Assembly (NCBI GenBank): GCA_900548735.1
Contig: URMC01000001.1
Location: forward strand, 240-64,239
DNA length: 64,000 nucleotides
Direction: 5' to 3'
Origin: an uncultured Eubacteriales bacterium
Lineage (GTDB): Bacteria > Bacillota > Clostridia > Oscillospirales > CAG-272
In this document: positions 40,109-48,652 of the stretch, piece by piece
Layout of the letters: every line of letters begins with the position of its first letter
How positions within the stretch are numbered: the stretch's first letter is position 1
The notes under the pieces: model-generated
Told to the model about the DNA's origin: nothing
The model's database searches: none
What the model saw: only the letters and a program-made list of their open reading frames with translations
Made by a program: the position numbers and the translations under genes

Positions 40109-40738
40109 TTATGAATTCTCCGCGGGGGCGGAATTTTCCGCAGGGGCAGGCTTGGCGCGATACTTCAGGCGCGACCAGAATACAATGGCAACCTGACCAG
40201 GGATGCCGAGACTGAAAATCAACCACAGGTTATAACCAAACGGCAGAAACGTGAGGTACACGGTAGCCAGCACCGACCACATCAGAAGCGAGATAATGAG
40301 ATAGTTGCGCCGCTGGTTGAACCACACGCTGTTACATACCAGCCACACAATCATGGAGATCGGCACGGCGTAAATAAACGCCAGCCATTGGAAATCAATT
40401 CCCCCGGTGGAAAAATCCACTACCATAAAGCAGAACGTGGCAATCAGCCACACCAGCAGAATGGCAATGCCCGTAATAAAACCGCGGTTGATGAGTTTGT
40501 TGCGTTTTTTCTGCGCTTCCGCCGGGTGCGTTTCCTCCACCAGATAATTCAATGTCACGCCGAACAGTTCCGCAATCTGCAAAAGCACCGTCACATCCGG
40601 GATGGATTCTCCGCGCTCCCATTTGGAGATTGCTTTGTCGGAGTAGTTCAGCTTTTCGGCAAATTCCAGTTGGGTCATCCCCGCGCCCTGGCGAAGGGCG
40701 GCGATATTCCCCGCGATAATCGCTTTTACGTCTTTCAT
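40109..40738 (-). CDS. XRE-family HTH regulator with C-terminal membrane domain
   Basis: MTQLEFAEKLNYSDKAISKWERGESIPDV, followed by four hydrophobic helices. ATG 40738 follows GGAGGTG. Confidence 0.8.
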   Translation of the reverse strand: MKDVKAIIAGNIAALRQGAGMTQLEFAEKLNYSDKAISKWERGESIPDVTVLLQIAELFGVTLNYLVEETHPAEAQKKRNKLINRGFITGIAILLVWLIATFCFMVVDFSTGGIDFQWLAFIYAVPISMIVWLVCNSVWFNQRRNYLIISLLMWSVLATVYLTFLPFGYNLWLIFSLGIPGQVAIVFWSRLKYRAKPAPAENSAPAENS

Positions 40739-40999
40739 GCAAATCTCACCTCCCATCGGCAGGAAAATTCTTTCCAGTTGACAGTATAACACATCCGAAA
40801 GAAAAAATCAAGTGTTTTTCATCACATGCCGGGGTTTCTACTGCCAGTAGAACGAAAAATCCGCAACTCTACACCCCTGCCCCCGAAGAGTATAGCGCAA
40901 TCCCGCAAAAGTAGGTTGATTAAAATCTCCTTTTTGCATTAAAATATGTGTGTAGAATTTTTCGCGCCCGGGGGCGCCAAATCGGAAAGGAGAACCCGC

Positions 41000-41866
41000 A
41001 TGAACCCGTATGTTATCTTCACAGATTCCGGCTGTGACATCCTCCCTGCCCTGTTGCAGAAGTGGGGGGTGCGCTATTGCAATCTTACATTTAAATTTGA
41101 CGACTCCGAAAAGGAGTACACCTTTGAGGATATTTCCCATAAAGAATTTTATGACCGCATGAGGGAGGGGCACCTGGTCAAGACCGCGGCTGTAAACTCC
41201 GAGGTGTTCCGCATGGCATTTGAGGAAGAGTTGTCGGCAGGCAACGATATTCTTTATCTCGGTCTTTCCGGGGGGCTCAGTTCCACCTATGAAACGGGGC
41301 ACATGGTCGCCGAATCGCTGAAAGAAAAGTATCCTGCCCGCAAAATTCTTACCGTAGATACGCTCAGTGCCTCCGCGGGGCTGGGATTGTTGATCTGGAT
41401 GACGGTGCAGAAAAAAGAAAAGGGCGCCACAATTGAGGAGGCGGCGGAATTTGCCACCGAAACGCGCGGGCACATTGCCCACTGGTTTACCGTGGACGAC
41501 CTGATTTATCTCAAGCGCGGCGGGCGGCTGAACTCCGCCATGACGTTTTTCGGCAGCGCACTGGGCATCAAGCCGATTCTGCATGCCAGCAACGAGGGCA
41601 AAGCCGTGAATATGGCAAAGGTGCGCGGCAGAAAAAACGCACTGATTGCCCTTGCCAATAAGTATGGTGAAACCGCCATTGATCCGACCGAGAATCCGGT
41701 ATTCCTCACCCATGGCGACTGCCTGAAAGATGTGGAAATGCTGAAGGATATGCTGGTGGAGCGTTACGGAGCCAAGGTAGGAATGGTTTCCTATCACGGC
41801 GCAGTAACAGGTGCTTATGGCGGCCCCGGCGTGATCGGGATGTTTTATCTTGCCAAGGAACGGTAA
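41000..41866 (+). CDS. DegV family fatty-acid-binding protein
   Basis: Start MNPYVIFTDSGCDI, with SGGLSSTYE and WFTVDDLIYLKRGGR motifs. Confidence 0.85.
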   Translation: MNPYVIFTDSGCDILPALLQKWGVRYCNLTFKFDDSEKEYTFEDISHKEFYDRMREGHLVKTAAVNSEVFRMAFEEELSAGNDILYLGLSGGLSSTYETGHMVAESLKEKYPARKILTVDTLSASAGLGLLIWMTVQKKEKGATIEEAAEFATETRGHIAHWFTVDDLIYLKRGGRLNSAMTFFGSALGIKPILHASNEGKAVNMAKVRGRKNALIALANKYGETAIDPTENPVFLTHGDCLKDVEMLKDMLVERYGAKVGMVSYHGAVTGAYGGPGVIGMFYLAKER

Positions 41867-41908
41867 AAAAATGCCGGCGCAAAAGTGCGCCGGCATTTTT
41901 TGCCGGAA

Positions 41909-42241
41909 TTATTTGACCACGACCAACAGCATTTTGAACTGCTCCTTGCCATAGACCGCATGCGGGTGCCCGGCGGGCATCACAATGGATTCGCCCTCCT
42001 TGAGATCGTGCCCTACACCGTCAATGGTGATGGTGCCCTCTCCGTCAAGGCAGGTGACAAACGCGTCACCGGGGGCGCTGTGTGCGCTGATTTCCTCGCC
42101 CTTGTCAAAAGAGAACAGCGTGATGCTGAGCGCGTCATTCTGCGCCAGCGTTTTGCTGACCACCTGCCCTGCCTGATATGCCACTTCCTCTTTTAAGGTC
42201 AGCACTTTGGCTTTTTCGATATTTTTCAGAAATTCTTTCAT
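41909..42241 (-). CDS. cupin domain protein
   Basis: Cupin motifs FDKGEEISAHSAPGDAFVTCLDGEG and GESIVMPAGHPHAV. ATG 42241 follows GGAGGGAGG. Confidence 0.8.
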   Translation of the reverse strand: MKEFLKNIEKAKVLTLKEEVAYQAGQVVSKTLAQNDALSITLFSFDKGEEISAHSAPGDAFVTCLDGEGTITIDGVGHDLKEGESIVMPAGHPHAVYGKEQFKMLLVVVK

Positions 42242-42352
42242 TTGAAATTCCTCCCTCCGGGTGTCGCGCACCGCTGTCTTTATTATACCACAAGGCGCGC
42301 GGCGGCACAAGCCGAAAATACAAAAGCCCCAAAGGGGCTTTTGTGCAGGAGA

Positions 42353-42778
42353 TTACTCTGCCAGTTTTGCGCCAAGCGCACGGCAAGCCGCCAGTGCGTC
42401 GTCATCCGGCGCTTCGTTGCAAATCACGCTTTCTGCCACCTGTTTGGCGCCTGCGGCAAAGCAGTCCTCCTCCCAGTTGCGCATCCACTCGCCGTCTCCC
42501 CAGCCATAAGAGCCGAAAAGAGCGATCGGTTTGCCCGCAAGACCTGCCTTGCAGGCGTCAAACATCGGGGCAAACTCCTCTTCCTCCAAGACCTCCGAGC
42601 CCATTGCCGGGCAACCGAACGCGATAGCGTCAAATGCGGAAACCAGATCCGCGCTCATTTCTGCCGCGGTCAGCACCGCCACCTCGGCACCTGCCGCTTT
42701 TGCGCCCTCCGCCACGGCGTTAGCCATTGCCTCGGTGTTTCCTGTCCCGCTCCAATACACGACTGCTGTTTTTTTCAT
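42353..42778 (-). CDS. flavodoxin (short-chain)
   Basis: FMN-phosphate loop VVYWSGTGNTEAMA, and FGSYGWGDGEWM. Confidence 0.9.
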   Translation of the reverse strand: MKKTAVVYWSGTGNTEAMANAVAEGAKAAGAEVAVLTAAEMSADLVSAFDAIAFGCPAMGSEVLEEEEFAPMFDACKAGLAGKPIALFGSYGWGDGEWMRNWEEDCFAAGAKQVAESVICNEAPDDDALAACRALGAKLAE

Positions 42779-42793
42779 TTTCTTCTCCTTTCT

Positions 42794-43348
42794 TTATGAT
42801 GCCCGTACGACGAGCCGTTCAAATGCCCCGGTCTTTCGGTATACTTCCCGATAGACCCTGGTACATTTCTCAAATTGCGCAAACCGCCGCCGGGCAGACT
42901 CCACATCCCCAAACACCTTCCAGGTGCCGACATATTTTGCCGCCCTGCGGTCACCGTGGATAAACCCGTATACATCCTCCGGCGGATAACCGAGAAACAG
43001 CCCAATTTCATGGGGGAATGCACCCCCGTGCCGAAGCCGGCGCGTCAGTTCCGTCAGGCATTCCTCCGGGCTTTGCTGCGTGTATCCGCACTCGGAGAGG
43101 ATCTCCCGCGCCCGCTTATTTTCAAGATCGCGGCAAAGGCACTCCGGGCGATATACGTAAATCAACGCGTGCCCGTTCTCCGCCCGAACCGGAATCATCC
43201 GCACCCCGCGCGGGGTCAGGCAACGGTTAAAACGCCGCACGCTTTCATATAACCGCCGCCGGCACTCATAGGGGCAGGCAAACAGGTTGCCCGTTTTCAG
43301 CCCCGCCATCGTCGGTGAGCAGTTATTGACCACCAATTCCTCAGACAC
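42794..43348 (-). CDS. DUF3793 family protein
   Basis: NNCSPTMAGLKTGNLFACPYE and HEIGLFLGYPPEDVYGFI blocks. It overlaps the upstream gene by 8 nt. Confidence 0.7.
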   Translation of the reverse strand: MSEELVVNNCSPTMAGLKTGNLFACPYECRRRLYESVRRFNRCLTPRGVRMIPVRAENGHALIYVYRPECLCRDLENKRAREILSECGYTQQSPEECLTELTRRLRHGGAFPHEIGLFLGYPPEDVYGFIHGDRRAAKYVGTWKVFGDVESARRRFAQFEKCTRVYREVYRKTGAFERLVVRAS

Positions 43349-43637
43349 GGTAAATGCCGCCCTTCGCGTGCTCGTCCAAAATATTTTTCAACGCCGTGGC
43401 GGAGCTCTGATGGCTACGCACAATGCGCACATTGCTCCCCTTCGTTTCGCTCATCACGGTGTGCAGCATTTTATGTGACATGGTGTTGGTAAACAACACC
43501 AAAAGATCCGGCGTGCCGAAATTCTTAAACCGCCCGGTCAATTTGGTATATACCTTGCTTTTGCAGGAGTAGGCTTCACACAACTCCCGATATTTTCTCT
43601 CCATACATTCGTTTCCGCCAACAATTACTACGCTCAC
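43341..43637 (-). CDS. DUF2325 family protein
   Basis: GTG start (VSVVIVGGNE...) follows AAAGGAGG. PDLLVLFTNTMSHKM and the family-like length support the call. Confidence 0.7.
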   Translation of the reverse strand: MSVVIVGGNECMERKYRELCEAYSCKSKVYTKLTGRFKNFGTPDLLVLFTNTMSHKMLHTVMSETKGSNVRIVRSHQSSATALKNILDEHAKGGIYRV

Positions 43638-43664
43638 AACGCGCCTCCTTTGATCGTTTGAAAT

Positions 43665-43717
43665 TTGTTAGCGTATGCTAACAATTAGATTATAGCGTAA
43701 TTTTTCCCACTTGTCAA
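43665..43717 (-). promoter_or_regulatory. promoter plus 20-bp palindromic operator of the DUF2325-DUF3793-flavodoxin operon
   Basis: On the minus strand: TTGACA (43717-43712), 17-nt spacer, TATAAT (43694-43689), then TTGTTAGC-ATAC-GCTAACAA (43684-43665). Confidence 0.6.
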
Positions 43718-43784
43718 GTGGGTTTTTGCATTTTTCAAAATTTTTTATGCAACGCGCATTTCCGTTGCCGACTCGCGGCTACCC

Positions 43785-44165
43785 CCTCCCCGAAGGCGTA
43801 TCTCATACTCTAAGCGGGAGGGAGTTTCTTTTGCCCTGCGCCCGCCTTCTCGCCCAATTTTCCCTTGCCCCGCAGATTTTGATGCAGGATTGCCGGAGCC
43901 TCCCCGAAGGCGTATCCCATACGCCGAGCGGGGGGGGAGTTTCTTTTGCCCTGCGCCCGCCTTCTCGCCCAATTTTCCCTTGCCCCGCAGATTTTGATGC
44001 AGGATTGCAGAAACCTCCCCGAAGGCGTATCTCATACGCCGAGCGGGGGGAGTTTCTTTTGCCCTGCGTCCGCCTTCTCACCCAATTCTCCCTTGCCCCG
44101 CAGATTTTGATGCAGGATTGCAGGAACCTCCCCGAAGGCGTATCTCATACGCCGAGCGGGAGGCT
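43785..44165. repeat. tandem repeat, ~114-bp unit x ~3.3 copies
   Basis: Units begin at 43785, 43899, 44014 and 44127, each with CCTCCCCGAAGGCGTATCTCATACGCCGAGCGGGG... They are nearly identical over their whole length. Confidence 0.9.
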
Positions 44166-44173
44166 CCTGCGAT

Positions 44174-44209
44174 AAAAAAAGAAACCGCCATACGGCGGTT
44201 TCTTTTTTT
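44174..44209 (-). terminator. rpmA intrinsic terminator (bidirectional shape)
   Basis: AAAAAAAGAAACCGCC-ATAC-GGCGGTTTCTTTTTTT, 40 nt downstream of the rpmA stop. Confidence 0.8.
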
Positions 44210-44249
44210 GCCCTGCGCAAAAGATGCGGGGCAAAAGATGCGGGGCAAC

Positions 44250-44528
44250 TTACTCAGCGTATACGCTGACCTGCTTCTTATCCTTGCTCTTGTGCTCGAA
44301 CTTCACCGTGCCTGCAATCAGAGCAAACAGCGTGTGATCCTTGCCAAGACCAACATTGTTGCCGGGATGAATGGCAGTGCCTCTCTGACGGACGATAATG
44401 CTGCCGGCGTTCACCTTGGAACCGTCGGCTGCTTTTACGCCCAGCCGTTTGGACTCACTGTCACGACCGTTTTTGGTAGAACCTACGCCCTTTTTGTGAG
44501 CGAAGAACTGCAAACTGAGTCTTAACAT
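44250..44528 (-). CDS. rpmA: 50S ribosomal protein L27 (with Prp-cleaved N-terminal extension)
   Basis: [32 protein letters not shown]. Confidence 0.95.
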   Translation of the reverse strand: MLRLSLQFFAHKKGVGSTKNGRDSESKRLGVKAADGSKVNAGSIIVRQRGTAIHPGNNVGLGKDHTLFALIAGTVKFEHKSKDKKQVSVYAE

Positions 44529-44553
44529 TGTTCAATATCCTCCTTACAGAATT

Positions 44554-44934
44554 TCACGCGTAATCCCTGTTTTCCACTTTGATCGTGAATCCGGCATCCT
44601 TGGTGAACTCATACATATCATCGTGCAACTGCATGTCCTCCAAGAGGCGATAATATGTTAAAAACAACCCGGACACCGCAAAGCGCACACGCTCGTCCTC
44701 CTCAAAAGCGGGGAGCGCGGACGGGGAACGTACGGTGATGGTGGTATCGTCTTCGTTGACATCATACTCGGCTTTGCCGCCGTAGATGTCTTCTATCGCG
44801 TCAACGATATACATGGTGATGGAAGAAAGCATCGCACAAAACGGGTCGCTCCCGCTTTCGGCAAAGCCGACGTGCCCCTTTTCTTCAAACCCATAAAAGA
44901 TTCCGTCACTGCGGAAAAATGTGATCGTCGTCAT
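44554..44934 (-). CDS. prp: ribosomal-processing cysteine protease Prp
   Basis: Located between rplU and rpmA. GHVGFAESGSDPFCAMLSS carries the His/Cys dyad context. Confidence 0.85.
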   Translation of the reverse strand: MTTITFFRSDGIFYGFEEKGHVGFAESGSDPFCAMLSSITMYIVDAIEDIYGGKAEYDVNEDDTTITVRSPSALPAFEEDERVRFAVSGLFLTYYRLLEDMQLHDDMYEFTKDAGFTIKVENRDYA

Positions 44935-44936
44935 GC

Positions 44937-45248
44937 TCAGCCTTCAATGGTGGCAATCTGAACTTTGGTATAGGGCTGTCTGTGACCGATCTTCTTCTTC
45001 TCGTTCTTTTTGGACTTGTACTTGAGAATATAGATTTTCTTGCCCTTGCCGTTTTTCAGGACGGTCGCAGTCACTTTTGCACCCTCCACATTGGGAGTGC
45101 CGACTTTGAGCGCGCCGTCACGGGAAATAGCCTTTACACTGTCAAACACAACAGTCTCGCCCTCGTTTACATCGAGCTTCTCGATGAAAACAACGTCGCC
45201 TTCGTTGACCTTGTACTGCTTTCCGCCGGTTTCAATAATCGCAAACAC
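44937..45248 (-). CDS. rplU: 50S ribosomal protein L21
   Basis: GTG start at 45248 ([14 protein letters not shown]) follows GTGAGGTG. The track ORF is extended upstream to 45320. Confidence 0.9.
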   Translation of the reverse strand: MFAIIETGGKQYKVNEGDVVFIEKLDVNEGETVVFDSVKAISRDGALKVGTPNVEGAKVTATVLKNGKGKKIYILKYKSKKNEKKKIGHRQPYTKVQIATIEG

Positions 45249-45376
45249 GAAAAGCACCTCACTTTCTTCAAGACTCGCTGTCGGGGCGGCGCTGTGCGCA
45301 CTTAAAAAAGCCCTTTTCACGCGGCAAGCTATTATACCATATCCTGCCTCACGTTGTCAAGGGCTTTTTGAAATTT

Positions 45377-45856
45377 CTAAGATATATTTTGAGAGTCTTT
45401 CACGCACACCGCCTGTTTGCGGCGCTTGCGGGTGAAAAGAAGATAGAACAGAAACACAATCAGCACGCCGCAAAACCCGCCTGCGCAATCCAAAAGCGCG
45501 TCGGTAAAAAGGCAGGCTCTGCCGGGCACAAAGCGCTGGATCGTTTCATCCACGGCGGCGGCAAAAATCGGTGCCAGAGATGCGGTGAGAAACGGAAACT
45601 CCAGATTGGTGGAAAGCGCCGCTCCGGCGGCAAGTAACCCCAGCACAAAAAACTCCGTAAAATGGGCTGTTTTTCGCACCATATGGTCGCTAAACCGGAA
45701 GCTGACACCCCATTTTTGCAGTACGTCATTGAAAAGCTGCCGTACGCCACCGCTGGTTTCGGCGGATTCGGTTGCCGGAGAAAGGGAAAAATGCCAGATA
45801 AAAATCATCCATGCGATGCAAAACACCGGCAGAATCCAGCGCACCCACTTTTTCAT
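45377..45856 (-). CDS. VanZ family membrane protein
   Basis: VRKTAHFTEFFVLGLL and DETIQRFVPGR motifs, with four TM helices. Confidence 0.8.
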   Translation of the reverse strand: MKKWVRWILPVFCIAWMIFIWHFSLSPATESAETSGGVRQLFNDVLQKWGVSFRFSDHMVRKTAHFTEFFVLGLLAAGAALSTNLEFPFLTASLAPIFAAAVDETIQRFVPGRACLFTDALLDCAGGFCGVLIVFLFYLLFTRKRRKQAVCVKDSQNIS

Positions 45857-45938
45857 AATTTCCTCACTTTCCGAAAAGCACTTGATTTTTTGCCTTTTCT
45901 GTGCTACAATATTTACATTGCCGCAAACATCAACATCT

Positions 45939-46015
45939 GTCTGCGTAGCTCAGTTGGATAGAGCGACCGCCTCCTAAGCGGTAGGTCGGGTGTTCAAGTC
46001 ACCTCGCGGACGCCA
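45939..46015 (+). tRNA. tRNA-Arg (anticodon CCT)
   Basis: GTCTGCG...D-arm TAGCTCAGTTGGATAGAGC...ACCGC-CTCCTAA-GCGGT...GGGTGTTCAAGTCACC...CGCGGAC-G-CCA. Confidence 0.9.
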
Positions 46016-46017
46016 GC

Positions 46018-46044
46018 AAAGAAGCCCTTTGGGCTTCTTTTTTG
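46018..46044 (+). terminator. intrinsic terminator after tRNA-Arg
   Basis: AAGAAGCCC-TTT-GGGCTTCTT followed by a T-run. Confidence 0.75.
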
Positions 46045-46076
46045 TTTTAGTCACGCCCGACGGTTAGCCCGACAGG

Positions 46077-47162
46077 CTACTTGCGGCACGCGGCAACGAT
46101 TTTTGCCATGGTGTCCGCTTTTTTCTCCATATCCGCCACCAGCCTGAACTGGGTGCGGCAACGATCCAGGTTCTGCGCCGGGCGATGAATACGAAAATAG
46201 GTATCCCCCAACAGGTAATCCGTCAGGAAACGTATGCCGCACTCATAGGTCATCAAGCGTGCGGAAAACGGCAGCAATTCGATTTCTTTTTCGGTCAGGC
46301 TTTCCCCGCAGGCGGCGAGATATCCCCTGGTATATGCTTCAAAAAACGGCAATTCGCAATATACTTTATTCAGATCCTGCTCATCCTCCGCCGCCGGATT
46401 GGAGCCGAAACGGATGGCATCCCCAAAGTCGTAAAGCGCGGAGCCGGGCATCACCGTATCGAGATCAATCACGGCAACCGGCGCCTCGGTTTCTTCATCC
46501 AACAGCACGTTGTTGAGCTTGGTGTCATTGTGCGTCACACGCAACGGGATTTCCCCGCGGGTCATCAGATCCAGCAAAATGCCGGTCTCGTTTTTTCTCG
46601 CCCGCACGAAATCAATCTCCGCGGCAACGCCTGCGGCTCTTTTCAGCGGATCTTTTGCCACCGCCGCCTCAAAATCGGCATAGCGGGAAACGGTATCGTG
46701 AAAATGCGGAATGGTTTCATGCAGTTTTTCCGCCGGATACGCCGACAGCGCGGCGGCAAAATTACCGAAAGCCAGCCCCGCCGCATACAGTTCCTCCGGG
46801 TGCTTTACCACCTGCAAAGATACCGTATGTTCGATAAAGGAATACACCCGGTAACACACCCCGTCCGCCGCGTGGAAATACGGGCGCCCACTGGCGGTGG
46901 TATGCACCCGCAGTACCTCCCGCTCCGGGTTCCCTCCCCCGGCAAGACATTTATCCCGCAAAAAGGCAGTGACACCGACAATGTTTTCCATCAGGGCGTC
47001 CACATCCCGGAAAACCCCGGTATTGATCTTCTGCAATACATAGTGCCCGCCATCCTTGGTAACGACCTCAAAGGTGGAATTGATATGCCCGCACCCGTAC
47101 GGGACACAGCTCAGCGCCTCCCCCAGTCCAAACGCGGAAAAAACCTCTGTCATCTCCATCAA
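46077..47162 (-). CDS. N-acetylhexosamine 1-kinase-like phosphotransferase (APH fold)
   Basis: PYGCGHINSTFEV, HNDTKLNNVLLD (catalytic loop) and IDLDTVMPG. It resembles NahK/LnpB-type kinases. Confidence 0.7.
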   Translation of the reverse strand: MMEMTEVFSAFGLGEALSCVPYGCGHINSTFEVVTKDGGHYVLQKINTGVFRDVDALMENIVGVTAFLRDKCLAGGGNPEREVLRVHTTASGRPYFHAADGVCYRVYSFIEHTVSLQVVKHPEELYAAGLAFGNFAAALSAYPAEKLHETIPHFHDTVSRYADFEAAVAKDPLKRAAGVAAEIDFVRARKNETGILLDLMTRGEIPLRVTHNDTKLNNVLLDEETEAPVAVIDLDTVMPGSALYDFGDAIRFGSNPAAEDEQDLNKVYCELPFFEAYTRGYLAACGESLTEKEIELLPFSARLMTYECGIRFLTDYLLGDTYFRIHRPAQNLDRCRTQFRLVADMEKKADTMAKIVAACRK

Positions 47163-47183
47163 AAAGCCTCTTTTCTCACACCG

Positions 47184-48524
47184 TTACAGGGTGTTTTCAA
47201 AATTCACCCTCAGTGCATAAATTTCGTTTTCCCGCGCGGGGAGAAAAATCTGCGCCTCGCCGTGCGCCACTTTTCCATGCACAAGCTCCTTCATGGTATG
47301 CTCTTCATTTACCACCGACAGGGTGATCTCCGCGCCCCTTGGCAGTCCCTTGACCCGCAGAGAACGCACAACAGGGTCTCCGCCGTAGAAAGCGATCATC
47401 CCGGTGGCACCTGTCTCATCCTTTGCGGCAAGCGCATAAGCATTCCGGTCATCGGTGGCGGAGAAAACCTCTTCTCCGCGCCCGGCAATTTCCCCGAACA
47501 GGGAAAAGGCGTAAAACGGCTTGCGTGCGCGGAGCTTTGCCGGTCCGTGCCGCCCGATGCTCATTTCAGCCACCTCAAACAACCCGCACCACTCCTTGAC
47601 CACGTCTGCTTCAAAATAGTGCGCCATTGCCACGGGAGAGTGTTGCAGGGTAATCAGATCCGCCGCGCAGAACGCCGCGCCTTTCATGGACGGAATGATC
47701 CGGTAGCTGGGCGCCTGGTTTGCCCAGTCCTCCATATAGTTCCACTCGTCCAAAATGCTTTCGGCTTCCCAATAGCCATACGCCGATTTGACAGCCTCCG
47801 CCTCGGCGATTTTCTCTTTCAGTTTTTCCGGGGAGGCGTGATAGGTGTGCCAGGAATAAAAATCCAGCGGAGCGTGCTCCTTTTGAATATATTCAAAAAA
47901 GCCCTCGATAAACTGATTTCTGGCTTTGGTAAAGCCACCGCCGCCGATATGCAGCTCCGGGAAGCAGGCTTTCAGGTGTTTTGCCGCCACGGTGTAGAGC
48001 CGGTAATACTCCTCCGGCGTGCCGACCCACATATTGTCGCCTCCGTCCGCCTCGTTCCAGATCTCCCAATACCGGATGTTGTAATGAAATCCGCCCGCAA
48101 AGCCCTCGTTATAGTGGCGGATAACGTGCTCACAAATACGCGCCCATTTTTCAAAATCCTTGGGCGGGAAAACATGACGTTTGACCGGCGCGTGCTCAAT
48201 CGACACGCCCAGGCGGAAGAACGGCTCCGCGCCCACCTCAATGATTTTTTGTATATACAGATCCGTTAAGGCAAAATTATAGTTTGCCGGATCGGTCTCG
48301 TCCGCGTCAAAATTCCGGAAAATACAGGGGATGTCCACAAACTCTCCGCTCCCGTACGGATACTCCACATCGTGCAACCGGCAACTCGGAAACCGCGCCT
48401 CCCGGAACAGCGGTTTGGCGTCATAGGTAAACACTTTTGTTTCCGGTCCCCCATTTACCCCCCATACGGGCTTGATTTTGCCCGTTTTCCGGGTCAGGTC
48501 AAATAAAATATCGCTAAGGTCAAT
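47184..48524 (-). CDS. glycoside hydrolase (clan GH-A type, GH39-like); start codon uncertain
   Basis: YWEIWNEADGG (acid/base NE motif context). The upstream part of track ORF 47184..48713 overlaps a good promoter (TTGACA 48571-48566, TACAAT 48547-48542). The true start should therefore lie near 48524. Confidence 0.7.
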   Translation of the reverse strand: MDLSDILFDLTRKTGKIKPVWGVNGGPETKVFTYDAKPLFREARFPSCRLHDVEYPYGSGEFVDIPCIFRNFDADETDPANYNFALTDLYIQKIIEVGAEPFFRLGVSIEHAPVKRHVFPPKDFEKWARICEHVIRHYNEGFAGGFHYNIRYWEIWNEADGGDNMWVGTPEEYYRLYTVAAKHLKACFPELHIGGGGFTKARNQFIEGFFEYIQKEHAPLDFYSWHTYHASPEKLKEKIAEAEAVKSAYGYWEAESILDEWNYMEDWANQAPSYRIIPSMKGAAFCAADLITLQHSPVAMAHYFEADVVKEWCGLFEVAEMSIGRHGPAKLRARKPFYAFSLFGEIAGRGEEVFSATDDRNAYALAAKDETGATGMIAFYGGDPVVRSLRVKGLPRGAEITLSVVNEEHTMKELVHGKVAHGEAQIFLPARENEIYALRVNFENTL

Positions 48525-48652
48525 CCCACCTCTTTTCCCCCATTGTAACACAGAGCGGCGGGGTGTGTCAAGAATATTGCAAAATTCACAAAAAACCTTG
48601 CGTTCGGGGCTGAAATATGGTAGAATAAAGAAAAAACGGAAAGGGCTTGTAT

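Noticed and set aside
40838-41896. 352-aa minus-strand ORF.
   Set aside because: It lies antisense to the DegV gene, which has family motifs and a proper SD and ATG. The composition is shadow-like.
43785-44165. Possible CRISPR array, given regularly spaced repeats with hairpins.
   Set aside because: The whole ~114-bp unit is repeated nearly identically, so there are no unique spacers. The unit is far longer than a CRISPR repeat, and there are no cas genes in the window. It is a plain tandem repeat.
43711-44220. ORFs 43711..44175(+), 43745..44035(-), 43803..44081(-) and 44032..44220(-) inside the tandem repeat.
   Set aside because: Their repetitive peptide sequences simply mirror the DNA repeat in several frames. 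There are no start signals.
46185-48269. 694-aa plus-strand ORF.
   Set aside because: It lies antisense to the NahK-like kinase and GH genes, which have clear catalytic motifs. It is Arg/His/Gly/Pro-rich with no start context.
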